A stretch of 64,000 nucleotides of DNA from Macrostomum lignano (lineage: Eukaryota), in assembly GCA_002269645.1 (NCBI GenBank), contig NIVC01000298.1, positions 142,971 through 206,970 of the forward strand. The letters are read 5' to 3'. Under the pieces are notes generated by a model that saw only the letters and a list, made by a program, of their open reading frames with translations, was not told the origin of the DNA and made no database searches. The position numbers and the translations under genes are program-made. Positions 49,917 through 62,819 of this stretch are shown in pieces (the stretch's first letter is position 1; each line of letters starts with the position of its first letter).

Positions 49917-52900
49917 TCAGAAAATTAAAAAAATAACCAGCTCCGCCAGAAAACTCATGAAATAACTGACTGCTGCACAGTTAGCGGCTGCTGCTGCTGC
50001 TGCTGCTGCTGCTGATGCTGCTGCAGCTTGGCAGCAGCAAGTGAACCAAATGACGGATGCAGCGGCGAGATCAGAATGCTCGCTGCTGATCGTTAAAGCG
50101 TATTCTTGTCTCTTAGGCATGTCGCTGGCGTGGCTGACTTCAGAATCTGCGAGGAAAAGAAATCAATTAAGATAGGCTTGCTTTAGTAATCATTAATAGG
50201 CTATAAAGGAACCCTTTAATAGAACGTGTTCAACTAATGCTGGGTCTGTTTTGAAAAGTCAGAACTCAGAAGTAGTCGCGATTAGAATCAGTATTGTCCC
50301 AATAAGTGCGACCCAACAAATGCTGTTCAAAAAATAGGCCTGGCTGCAATGTCCCAATAAATGCCCAACAAATTACTAGCCTTTAGCTAGGCTGGGCTGT
50401 GTTTACTATTCATTGCGTTTGTAGCTTGTGTCCCAACAATGCCACTGAGATTGTTGCATTGCTTTTGAATTGTGCTCTACCAAGTAACACAAGTACTCTG
50501 GTGTACAATACTTCTACAGCAGATAATACTCACCCAAAACAGATCGTCTCTTTCTCTTTAATCCTGTGCCGGACGGGTTTTCTTCAGATCCACCAGAAAA
50601 TTCACAAATAGACTGACTGCCTGCACGGATAGCGGCTGCTGCTGCTGCTGCTGCTGCGGCTTGTGAGCAGCAAGTGAACCAAATGACGGATGCAGCGGCG
50701 AGATCAGAATGCTCGCTGCTGATCGTTAAAGCGTATTCTTGTCTCTTAGGCATGTCGCTGGCGTGGCTGACTTCAGAATCTGCGAGGAAAAGAAATCAAT
50801 TAAGATAGGCTTGCTTTAGTAATCATTAATAGGCTATAAAGGAACCCTTTAATAGAACGTGTTCAACTAATGCTGGGTCTGTTTTGAAAAGTCAGAACTC
50901 AGAAGTAGTCGCGATTAGAATCAGTATTGTCCCAATAAGTGCGACCCAACAAATGCTGTTCAAAAAATAGGCCTGGCTGCAATGTCCCAATAAATGCCCA
51001 ACAAATTACTAGCCTTTAGCTAGGCTGGGCTGTGTTTACTATTCATTGCGTTTGTAGCTTGTGTCCCAACAATGCCACTGAGATTGTTGCATTGCTTTTG
51101 AATTGTGCTCTACCAAGTAACACAAGTACTCTGGTGTACAATACTTCTACAGCAGATAATACTCACCCAAAACAGATCGTCTCTTTCTCTTTAATCCTGT
51201 GCCGGACGGGTTTTCTTCAGATCCACCAGAAAATTCACAAATAGACTGACTGCCTGCACGGATAGCGGCTGCTGCTGCTGCTGCTGCTGCTGCTGCGGCT
51301 TGTGAGCAGCAAGTGAACCAAATGACGGATGCAGCGGCGAGATCAGAATGCTCGCTGCTGATCGTTAAAGCGTATTCTTGTCTCTTAGGCATGTCGCTGG
51401 CGTGGCTGACTTCAGAATCTGCGAGGAAAAGAAATCAATTAAGATAGGCTTGCTTTAGTAATCATTAATAGGCTATAAAGGAACCCTTTAATAGAACGTG
51501 TTCAACTAATGCTGGGTCTGTTTTGAAAAGTCAGAACTCAGAAGTAGTCGCGATTAGAATCAGTATTGTCCCAATAAGTGCGACCCAACAAATGCTGTTC
51601 AAAAAATAGGCCTGGCTGCAATGTCCCAATAAATGCCCAACAAATTACTAGCCTTGAGCTAGGCTGGGCTGTGTTTACTATTCATTGCGTTTGTAGCTTG
51701 TGTCCCAACAATGCCACTGAGATTGTTGCATTGCTTTTGAATTGTGCTCTACCAGGTAACACAAGTACTCTGGTGTACAATACTTCTACAGCAGATAATA
51801 CTCACCCAAAACAGATCGTCTCTTTCTCTTTAATCCTGTGCCGGACGGGTTTTCTTCAGATCCACCAGAAAATTCACAAATAGACTGACTGCCTGCACGG
51901 ATAGCGGCTGCTGCTGCTGATGCTGCTGCGGCTTGTGAGCAGCAAGTGAACCAAATGACGGATGCAGCGGCGAGATCAGAATGCTCGCTGCTGATCGTTA
52001 AAGCGCATTCTTGTCTCTTAGGCATGTCGCTGGCGTGGCTGACTTCAGAATCTGCGAGGAAAAGAAATCAATTAAGATAGGCTTGCTTTAGTAATCATTA
52101 ATAGGCTATAAAGGAACCCTTTAATAGAACGTGTTCAACTAATGCTGGGTCTGTTTTGAAAAGTCAGAACTCAGAAGTAGTCGCGATTAGAATCAGTATT
52201 GTCCCAATAAGTGCGACCCAACAAATGCTGTTCAAAAAATAGGCCTGGCTGCAATGTCCCAATAAATGCCCAACAAATTACTAGCCTTTAGCTAGGCTGG
52301 GCTGTGTTTACTATTCATTGCGTTTGTAGCTTGTGTCCCAACAATGCCACTGAGATTGTTGCATTGCTTTTGAATTGTGCTCTACCAAGTAACACAAGTA
52401 CTCTGGTGTACAATACTTCTACAGCAGATAATACTCACCCAAAACAGATCGTCTCTTTCTCTTTAATCCTGTGCCGGACGGGTTTTCTTCAGATCCACCA
52501 GAAAATTCACAAATAGACTGACTGCCTGCACGGATAGCGGCTGCTGCTGCTGATGCTGCTGCGGCTTGTGAGCAGCAAGTGAACCAAATGACGGATGCAG
52601 CGGCGAGATCAGAATGCTCGCTGCTGATCGTTAAAGCGCATTCTTGTCTCTTAGGCATGTCGCTGGCGTGGCTGACTTCAGAATCTGCGAGGAAAAGAAA
52701 TCAATTAAGATAGGCTTGCTTTAGTAATCATTAATAGGCTATAAAGGAACCCTTTAATAGAACGTGTTCAACTAATGCTGGGTCTGTTTTGAAAAGTCAG
52801 AACTCAGAAGTAGTCGCGATTAGAATCAGTATTGTCCCAATAAGTGCGACCCAACAAATGCTGTTCAAAAAATAGGCCTGGCTGCAATGTCCCAATAAAT

Positions 52901-55074
52901 GCCCAACAAATTACTAGCCTTGAGCTAGGCTGGGCTGTGTTTACTATTCATTGCGTTTGTAGCTTGTGTCCCAACAATGCCACTGAGATTGTTGCATTGC
53001 TTTTGAATTGTGCTCTACCAGGTAACACAAGTACTCTGGTGTACAATACTTCTACAGCAGATAATACTCACCCAAAACAGATCGTCTCTTTCTCTTTAAT
53101 CCTGTGCCGGACGGGTTTTCTTCAGATCCACCAGAAAATTCACAAATAGACTGACTGCCTGCACGGATAGCGGCTGCTGCTGCTGCTGCTGCTGCGGCTT
53201 GTGAGCAGCAAGTGAACCAAATGACGGATGCAGCGGCGAGATCAGAATGCTCGCTGCTGATCGTTAAAGCGCATTCTTGTCTCTTAGGCATGTCGCTGGC
53301 GTGGCTGACTTCAGAATCTGCGAGGAAAAGAAATCAATTAAGATAGGCTTGCTTTAGTAATCATTAATAGGCTATAAAGGAACCCTTTAATAGAACGTGT
53401 TCAACTAATGCTGGGTCTGTTTTGAAAAGTCAGAACTCAGAAGTAGTCGCGATTAGAATCAGTATTGTCCCAATAAGTGCGACCCAACAAATGCTGTTCA
53501 AAAAATAGGCCTGGCTGCAATGTCCCAATAAATGCCCAACAAATTACTAGCCTTGAGCTAGGCTGGGCTGTGTTTACTATTCATTGCGTTTGTAGCTTGT
53601 GTCCCAACAATGCCACTGAGATTGTTGCATTGCTTTTGAATTGTGCTCTACCAAGTAACACAAGTACTCTGGTGTACAATACTTCTACAGCAGATAATAC
53701 TCACCCAAAACAGATCGTCTCTTTCTCTTTAATCCTGTGCCGGACGGGTTTTCTTCAGATCCACCAGAAAATTCACAAATAGACTGACTGCCTGCACGGA
53801 TAGCGGCTGCTGCTGCTGCTGCTGCTGCTGCTGCGGCTTGTGAGCAGCAAGTGAACCAAATGACGGATGCAGCGGCGAGATCAGAATGCTCGCTGCTGAT
53901 CGTTAAAGCGCATTCTTGTCTCTTAGGCATGTCGCTGGCGTGGCTGACTTCAGAATCTGCGAGGAAAAGAAATCAATTAAGATAGGCTTGCTTTAGTAAT
54001 CATTAATAGGCTATAAAGGAACCCTTTAATAGAACGTGTTCAACTAATGCTGGGTCTGTTTTGAAAAGTCAGAACTCAGAAGTAGTCGCGATTAGAATCA
54101 GTATTGTCCCAATAAGTGCGACCCAACAAATGCTGTTCAAAAAATAGGCCTGGCTGCAATGTCCCAATAAATGCCCAACAAATTACTAGCCTTGAGCTAG
54201 GCTGGGCTGTGTTTACTATTCATTGCGTTTGTAGCTTGTGTCCCAACAATGCCACTGAGATTGTTGCATTGCTTTTGAATTGTGCTCTACCAGTAACACA
54301 AGTACTCTGGTGTACAATACTTCTACAGCAGATAATACTCACCCAAAACAGATCGTCTCTTTCTCTTTAATCCTGTGCCGGACGGGTTTTCTTCAGATCC
54401 ACCAGAAAATTCACAAATAGACTGACTGCCTGCACGGATAGCGGCTGCTGCTGCTGCTGCTGCTGCGGCTTGTGAGCAGCAAGTGAACAAATGACGGATG
54501 CAGCGGCGAGATCAGAATGCTCGCTGCTGATCGTTAAAGCGCATTCTTGTCTCTTAGGCATGTCGCTGGCGTGGCTGACTTCAGAATCTGCGAGGAAAAG
54601 AAATCAATTAAGATAGGCTTGCTTTAGTAATCATTAATAGGCTATAAAGGAACCCTTTAATAGAACGTGTTCAACTAATGCTGGGTCTGTTTTGAAAAGT
54701 CAGAACTCAGAAGTAGTCGCGATTAGAATCAGTATTGTCCCAATAAGTGCGACCCAACAAATGCTGTTCAAAAAATAGGCCTGGCTGCAATGTCCCAATA
54801 AATGCCCAACAAATTACTAGCCTTGAGCTAGGCTGGGCTGTGTTTACTATTCATTGCGTTTGTAGCTTGTGTCCCAACAATGCCACTGAGATTGTTGCAT
54901 TGCTTTTGAATTGTGCTCTACCAAGTAACACAAGTACTCTGGTGTACAATACTTCTACAGCAGATAATACTCACCCAAAACAGATCGTCTCTTTCTCTTT
55001 AATCCTGTGCCGGACGGGTTTTCTTCAGATCCACCAGAAAATTCACAAATAGACTGACTGCCTGCACGGATAGC

Positions 55075-55107
<33 letters not shown>

Positions 55108-55716
55108 GGCTTGTGAGCAGCAAGTGAACCAAATGACGGATGCAGCGGCGAGATCAGAATGCTCGCTGCTGATCGTTAAAGCGCATTCTTGTCTCTTAGG
55201 CATGTCGCTGGCGTGGCTGACTTCAGAATCTGCGAGGAAAAGAAATCAATTAAGATAGGCTTGCTTTAGTAATCATTAATAGGCTATAAAGGAACCCTTT
55301 AATAGAACGTGTTCAACTAATGCTGGGTCTGTTTTGAAAAGTCAGAACTCAGAAGTAGTCGCGATTAGAATCAGTATTGTCCCAATAAGTGCGACCCAAC
55401 AAATGCTGTTCAAAAAATAGGCCTGGCTGCAATGTCCCAATAAATGCCCAACAAATTACTAGCCTTGAGCTAGGCTGGGCTGTGTTTACTATTCATTGCG
55501 TTTGTAGCTTGTGTCCCAACAATGCCACTGAGATTGTTGCATTGCTTTTGAATTGTGCTCTACCAAGTAACACAAGTACTCTGGTGTACAATACTTCTAC
55601 AGCAGATAATACTCACCCAAAACAGATCGTCTCTTTCTCTTTAATCCTGTGCCGGACGGGTTTTCTTCAGATCCACCAGAAAATTCACAAATAGACTGAC
55701 TGCCTGCACGGATAGC

Positions 55717-55802
<86 letters not shown>

Positions 55803-58800
55803 GTGAGCAGCAAGTGAACCAAATGACGGATGCAGCGGCGAGATCAGAATGCTCGCTGCTGATCGTTAAAGCGCATTCTTGTCTCTTAGGCATGTCGCTG
55901 GCGTGGCTGACTTCAGAATCTGCGAGGAAAAGAAATCAATTAAGATAGGCTTGCTTTAGTAATCATTAATAGGCTATAAAGGAACCCTTTAATAGAACGT
56001 GTTCAACTAATGCTGGGTCTGTTTTGAAAAGTCAGAACTCAGAAGTAGTCGCGATTAGAATCAGTATTGTCCCAATAAGTGCGACCCAACAAATGCTGTT
56101 CAAAAAATAGGCCTGGCTGCAATGTCCCAATAAATGCCCAACAAATTACTAGCCTTGAGCTAGGCTGGGCTGTGTTTACTATTCATTGCGTTTGTAGCTT
56201 GTGTCCCAACAATGCCACTGAGATTGTTGCATTGCTTTTGAATTGTGCTCTACCAAGTAACACAAGTACTCTGGTGTACAATACTTCTACAGCAGATAAT
56301 ACTCACCCAAAACAGATCGTCTCTTTCTCTTTAATCCTGTGCCGGACGGGTTTTCTTCAGATCCACCAGAAAATTCACAAATAGACTGACTGCCTGCACG
56401 GATAGCGGCTGCTGCTGCTGCTGCTGCTGCTGCTGCGGCTTGTGAGCAGCAAGTGAACCAAATGACGGATGCAGCGGCGAGATCAGAATGCTCGCTGCTG
56501 ATCGTTAAAGCGCATTCTTGTCTCTTAGGCATGTCGCTGGCGTGGCTGACTTCAGAATCTGCGAGGAAAAGAAATCAATTAAGATAGGCTTGCTTTAGTA
56601 ATCATTAATAGGCTATAAAGGAACCCTTTAATAGAACGTGTTCAACTAATGCTGGGTCTGTTTTGAAAAGTCAGAACTCAGAAGTAGTCGCGATTAGAAT
56701 CAGTATTGTCCCAATAAGTGCGACCCAACAAATGCTGTTCAAAAAATAGGCCTGGCTGCAATGTCCCAATAAATGCCCAACAAATTACTAGCCTTGAGCT
56801 AGGCTGGGCTGTGTTTACTATTCATTGCGTTTGTAGCTTGTGTCCCAACAATGCCACTGAGATTGTTGCATTGCTTTTGAATTGTGCTCTACCAAGTAAC
56901 ACAAGTACTCTGGTGTACAATACTTCTACAGCAGATAATACTCACCCAAAACAGATCGTCTCTTTCTCTTTAATCCTGTGCCGGACGGGTTTTCTTCAGA
57001 TCCACCAGAAAATTCACAAATAGACTGACTGCCTGCACGGATAGCGGCTGCTGCTGCTGCTGCTGCTGCTGCTGCGGCTTGTGAGCAGCAAGTGAACCAA
57101 ATGACGGATGCAGCGGCGAGATCAGAATGCTCGCTGCTGATCGTTAAAGCGCATTCTTGTCTCTTAGGCATGTCGCTGGCGTGGCTGACTTCAGAATCTG
57201 CGAGGAAAAGAAATCAATTAAGATAGGCTTGCTTTAGTAATCATTAATAGGCTATAAAGGAACCCTTTAATAGAACGTGTTCAACTAATGCTGGGTCTGT
57301 TTTGAAAAGTCAGAACTCAGAAGTAGTCGCGATTAGAATCAGTATTGTCCCAATAAGTGCGACCCAACAAATGCTGTTCAAAAAATAGGCCTGGCTGCAA
57401 TGTCCCAATAAATGCCCAACAAATTACTAGCCTTGAGCTAGGCTGGGCTGTGTTTACTATTCATTGCGTTTGTAGCTTGTGTCCCAACAATGCCACTGAG
57501 ATTGTTGCATTGCTTTTGAATTGTGCTCTACCAAGTAACACAAGTACTCTGGTGTACAATACTTCTACAGCAGATAATACTCACCCAAAACAGATCGTCT
57601 CTTTCTCTTTAATCCTGTGCCGGACGGGTTTTCTTCAGATCCACCAGAAAATTCACAAATAGACTGACTGCCTGCACGGATAGCGGCTGCTGCTGCTGCT
57701 GCTGCTGCGGCTTGTGAGCAGCAAGTGAACCAAATGACGGATGCAGCGGCGAGATCAGAATGCTCGCTGCTGATCGTTAAAGCGCATTCTTGTCTCTTAG
57801 GCATGTCGCTGGCGTGGCTGACTTCAGAATCTGCGAGGAAAAGAAATCAATTAAGATAGGCTTGCTTTAGTAATCATTAATAGGCTATAAAGGAACCCTT
57901 TAATAGAACGTGTTCAACTAATGCTGGGTCTGTTTTGAAAAGTCAGAACTCAGAAGTAGTCGCGATTAGAATCAGTATTGTCCCAATAAGTGCGACCCAA
58001 CAAATGCTGTTCAAAAAATAGGCCTGGCTGCAATGTCCCAATAAATGCCCAACAAATTACTAGCCTTGAGCTAGGCTGGGCTGTGTTTACTATTCATTGC
58101 GTTTGTAGCTTGTGTCCCAACAATGCCACTGAGATTGTTGCATTGCTTTTGAATTGTGCTCTACCAAGTAACACAAGTACTCTGGTGTACAATACTTCTA
58201 CAGCAGATAATACTCACCCAAAACAGATCGTCTCTTTCTCTTTAATCCTGTGCCGGACGGGTTTTCTTCAGATCCACCAGAAAATTCACAAATAGACTGA
58301 CTGCCTGCACGGATAGCGGCTGCTGCTGCTGTGCTGCTGCGGCTTGTGAGCAGCAAGTGAACCAAATGACGGATGCAGCGGCGAGATCAGAATGCTCGCT
58401 GCTGATCGTTAAAGCGCATTCTTGTCTCTTAGGCATGTCGCTGGCGTGGCTGACTTCAGAATCTGCGAGGAAAAGAAATCAATTAAGATAGGCTTGCTTT
58501 AGTAATCATTAATAGGCTATAAAGGAACCCTTTAATAGAACGTGTTCAACTAATGCTGGGTCTGTTTTGAAAAGTCAGAACTCAGAAGTAGTCGCGATTA
58601 GAATCAGTATTGTCCCAATAAGTGCGACCCAACAAATGCTGTTCAAAAAATAGGCCTGGCTGCAATGTCCCAATAAATGCCCAACAAATTACTAGCCTTG
58701 AGCTAGGCTGGGCTGTGTTTACTATTCATTGCGTTTGTAGCTTGTGTCCCAACAATGCCACTGAGATTGTTGCATTGCTTTTGAATTGTGCTCTACCAAG

Positions 58801-59588
58801 TAACACAAGTACTCTGGTGTACAATACTTCTACAGCAGATAATACTCACCCAAAACAGATCGTCTCTTTCTCTTTAATCCTGTGCCGGACGGGTTTTCTT
58901 CAGATCCACCAGAAAATTCACAAATAGACTGACTGCCTGCACGGATAGCGGCTGCTGCTGCTGCTGCTGCTGCTGCTGCGGCTTGTGAGCAGCAAGTGAA
59001 CCAAATGACGGATGCAGCGGCGAGATCAGAATGCTCGCTGCTGATCGTTAAAGCGCATTCTTGTCTCTTAGGCATGTCGCTGGCGTGGCTGACTTCAGAA
59101 TCTGCGAGGAAAAGAAATCAATTAAGATAGGCTTGCTTTAGTAATCATTAATAGGCTATAAAGGAACCCTTTAATAGAACGTGTTCAACTAATGCTGGGT
59201 CTGTTTTGAAAAGTCAGAACTCAGAAGTAGTCGCGATTAGAATCAGTATTGTCCCAATAAGTGCGACCCAACAAATGCTGTTCAAAAAATAGGCCTGGCT
59301 GCAATGTCCCAATAAATGCCCAACAAATTACTAGCCTTGAGCTAGGCTGGGCTGTGTTTACTATTCATTGCGTTTGTAGCTTGTGTCCCAACAATGCCAC
59401 TGAGATTGTTGCATTGCTTTTGAATTGTGCTCTACCAAGTAACACAAGTACTCTGGTGTACAATACTTCTACAGCAGATAATACTCACCCAAAACAGATC
59501 GTCTCTTTCTCTTTAATCCTGTGCCGGACGGGTTTTCTTCAGATCCACCAGAAAATTCACAAATAGACTGACTGCCTGCACGGATAGC

Positions 59589-59627
<39 letters not shown>

Positions 59628-60864
59628 GGCTTGTGAGCAGCAAGTGAACCAAATGACGGATGCAGCGGCGAGATCAGAATGCTCGCTGCTGATCGTTAAA
59701 GCGCATTCTTGTCTCTTAGGCATGTCGCTGGCGTGGCTGACTTCAGAATCTGCGAGGAAAAGAAATCAATTAAGATAGGCTTGCTTTAGTAATCATTAAT
59801 AGGCTATAAAGGAACCCTTTAATAGAACGTGTTCAACTAATGCTGGGTCTGTTTTGAAAAGTCAGAACTCAGAAGTAGTCGCGATTAGAATCAGTATTGT
59901 CCCAATAAGTGCGACCCAACAAATGCTGTTCAAAAAATAGGCCTGGCTGCAATGTCCCAATAAATGCCCAACAAATTACTAGCCTTGAGCTAGGCTGGGC
60001 TGTGTTTACTATTCATTGCGTTTGTAGCTTGTGTCCCAACAATGCCACTGAGATTGTTGCATTGCTTTTGAATTGTGCTCTACCAAGTAACACAAGTACT
60101 CTGGTGTACAATACTTCTACAGCAGATAATACTCACCCAAAACAGATCGTCTCTTTCTCTTTAATCCTGTGCCGGACGGGTTTTCTTCAGATCCACCAGA
60201 AAATTCACAAATAGACTGACTGCCTGCACGGATAGCGGCTGCTGCTGTGCTGCTGCGGCTTGTGAGCAGCAAGTGAACCAAATGACGGATGCAGCGGCGA
60301 GATCAGAATGCTCGCTGCTGATCGTTAAAGCGCATTCTTGTCTCTTAGGCATGTCGCTGGCGTGGCTGACTTCAGAATCTGCGAGGAAAAGAAATCAATT
60401 AAGATAGGCTTGCTTAGTAATCATTAATAGGCTATAAAGGAACCCTTTAATAGAACGTGTTCAACTAATGCTGGGTCTGTTTTGAAAAGTCAGAACTCAG
60501 AAGTAGTCGCGATTAGAATCAGTATTGTCCCAATAAGTGCGACCCAACAAATGCTGTTCAAAAAATAGGCCTGGCTGCAATGTCCCAATAAATGCCCAAC
60601 AAATTACTAGCCTTGAGCTAGGCTGGGCTGTGTTTACTATTCATTGCGTTTGTAGCTTGTGTCCCAACAATGCCACTGAGATTGTTGCATTGCTTTTGAA
60701 TTGTGCTCTACCAAGTAACACAAGTACTCTGGTGTACAATACTTCTACAGCAGATAATACTCACCCAAAACAGATCGTCTCTTTCTCTTTAATCCTGTGC
60801 CGGACGGGTTTTCTTCAGATCCACCAGAAAATTCACAAATAGACTGACTGCCTGCACGGATAGC

Positions 60865-60900
<36 letters not shown>

Positions 60901-62139
60901 GGCTTGTGAGCAGCAAGTGAACCAAATGACGGATGCAGCGGCGAGATCAGAATGCTCGCTGCTGATCGTTAAAGCGCATTCTTGTCTCTTAGGCATGTCG
61001 CTGGCGTGGCTGACTTCAGAATCTGCGAGGAAAAGAAATCAATTAAGATAGGCTTGCTTTAGTAATCATTAATAGGCTATAAAGGAACCCTTTAATAGAA
61101 CGTGTTCAACTAATGCTGGGTCTGTTTTGAAAAGTCAGAACTCAGAAGTAGTCGCGATTAGAATCAGTATTGTCCCAATAAGTGCGACCCAACAAATGCT
61201 GTTCAAAAAATAGGCCTGGCTGCAATGTCCCAATAAATGCCCAACAAATTACTAGCCTTGAGCTAGGCTGGGCTGTGTTTACTATTCATTGCGTTTGTAG
61301 CTTGTGTCCCAACAATGCCACTGAGATTGTTGCATTGCTTTTGAATTGCTGCTCTACCAAGTAACACAAGTACTCTGGTGTACAATACTTCTACAGCAGA
61401 TAATACTCACCCAAAACAGATCGTCTCTTTCTCTTTAATCCTGTGCCGGACGGGTTTTCTTCAGATCCACCAGAAAATTCACAAATAGACTGACTGCCTG
61501 CACGGATAGCTGCTGCTGCTGCTGCTGCTGCGGCTTGTGAGCAGCAAGTGAACCAAATGACGGATGCAGCGGCGAGATCAGAATGCTCGCTGCTGATCGT
61601 TAAAGCGCATTCTTGTCTCTTAGGCATGTCGCTGGCGTGGCTGACTTCAGAATCTGCGAGGAAAAGAAATCAATTAAGATAGGCTTGCTTTAGTAATCAT
61701 TAATAGGCTATAAAGGAACCCTTTAATAGAACGTGTTCAACTAATGCTGGGTCTGTTTTGAAAAGTCAGAACTCAGAAGTAGTCGCGATTAGAATCAGTA
61801 TTGTCCCAATAAGTGCGACCCAACAAATGCTGTTCAAAAAATAGGCCTGGCTGCAATGTCCCAATAAATGCCCAACAAATTACTAGCCTTGAGCTAGCTG
61901 GGCTGTGTTTACTATTCATTGCGTTTGTAGCTTGTGTCCCAACAATGCCACTGAGATTGTTGCATTGCTTTTGAATTGTGCTCTACCAAGTAACACAAGT
62001 ACTCTGGTGTACAATACTTCTACAGCAGATAATACTCACCCAAAACAGATCGTCTCTTTCTCTTTAATCCTGTGCCGGACGGGTTTTCTTCAGATCCACC
62101 AGAAAATTCACAAATAGACTGACTGCCTGCACGGATACT

Positions 62140-62175
<36 letters not shown>

Positions 62176-62787
62176 GGCTTGTGAGCAGCAAGTGAACCAA
62201 ATGACGGATGCAGCGGCGAGATCAGAATGCTCGCTGCTGATCGTTAAAGCGCATTCTTGTCTCTTAGGCATGTCGCTGGCGTGGCTGACTTCAGAATCTG
62301 CGAGGAAAAGAAATCAATTAAGATAGGCTTGCCTTTAGTAATCATTAATAGGCTATAAAGGAACCCTTTAATAGAACGTGTTCAACTAATGCTGGCGTCT
62401 GTTTTGAAAAGTCAGAACTCAGAAGTAGTCGCGATTAGAATCAGTATTGTCCCAATAAAGTGCGACCCAACAAATGCTGTTCAAAAAATAGGCCTGGCTG
62501 CAATGTCCCAATAAATGCCCAACAAATTACTAGCCTTGAGCTAGCTGGGCTGTGTTTACTATTCATTGCGTTTGTAGCTTGTGTCCCAACAATGCCACTG
62601 ATTGTTGCATTGCTTTTGAATTGTGCTCTACCAAGTAACACAAGTACTCTGGTGTACAATACTTCTACAGCAGATAATACTCACCCAAAACAGATCGTCT
62701 CTTTCTCTTTAATCCTGTGCCGCGACGGGTTTTCTTCAGATCCACCAGAAAATTCACAAATAGACTGACTGCCTGCACGGATAGCGG

Positions 62788-62819
<32 letters not shown>

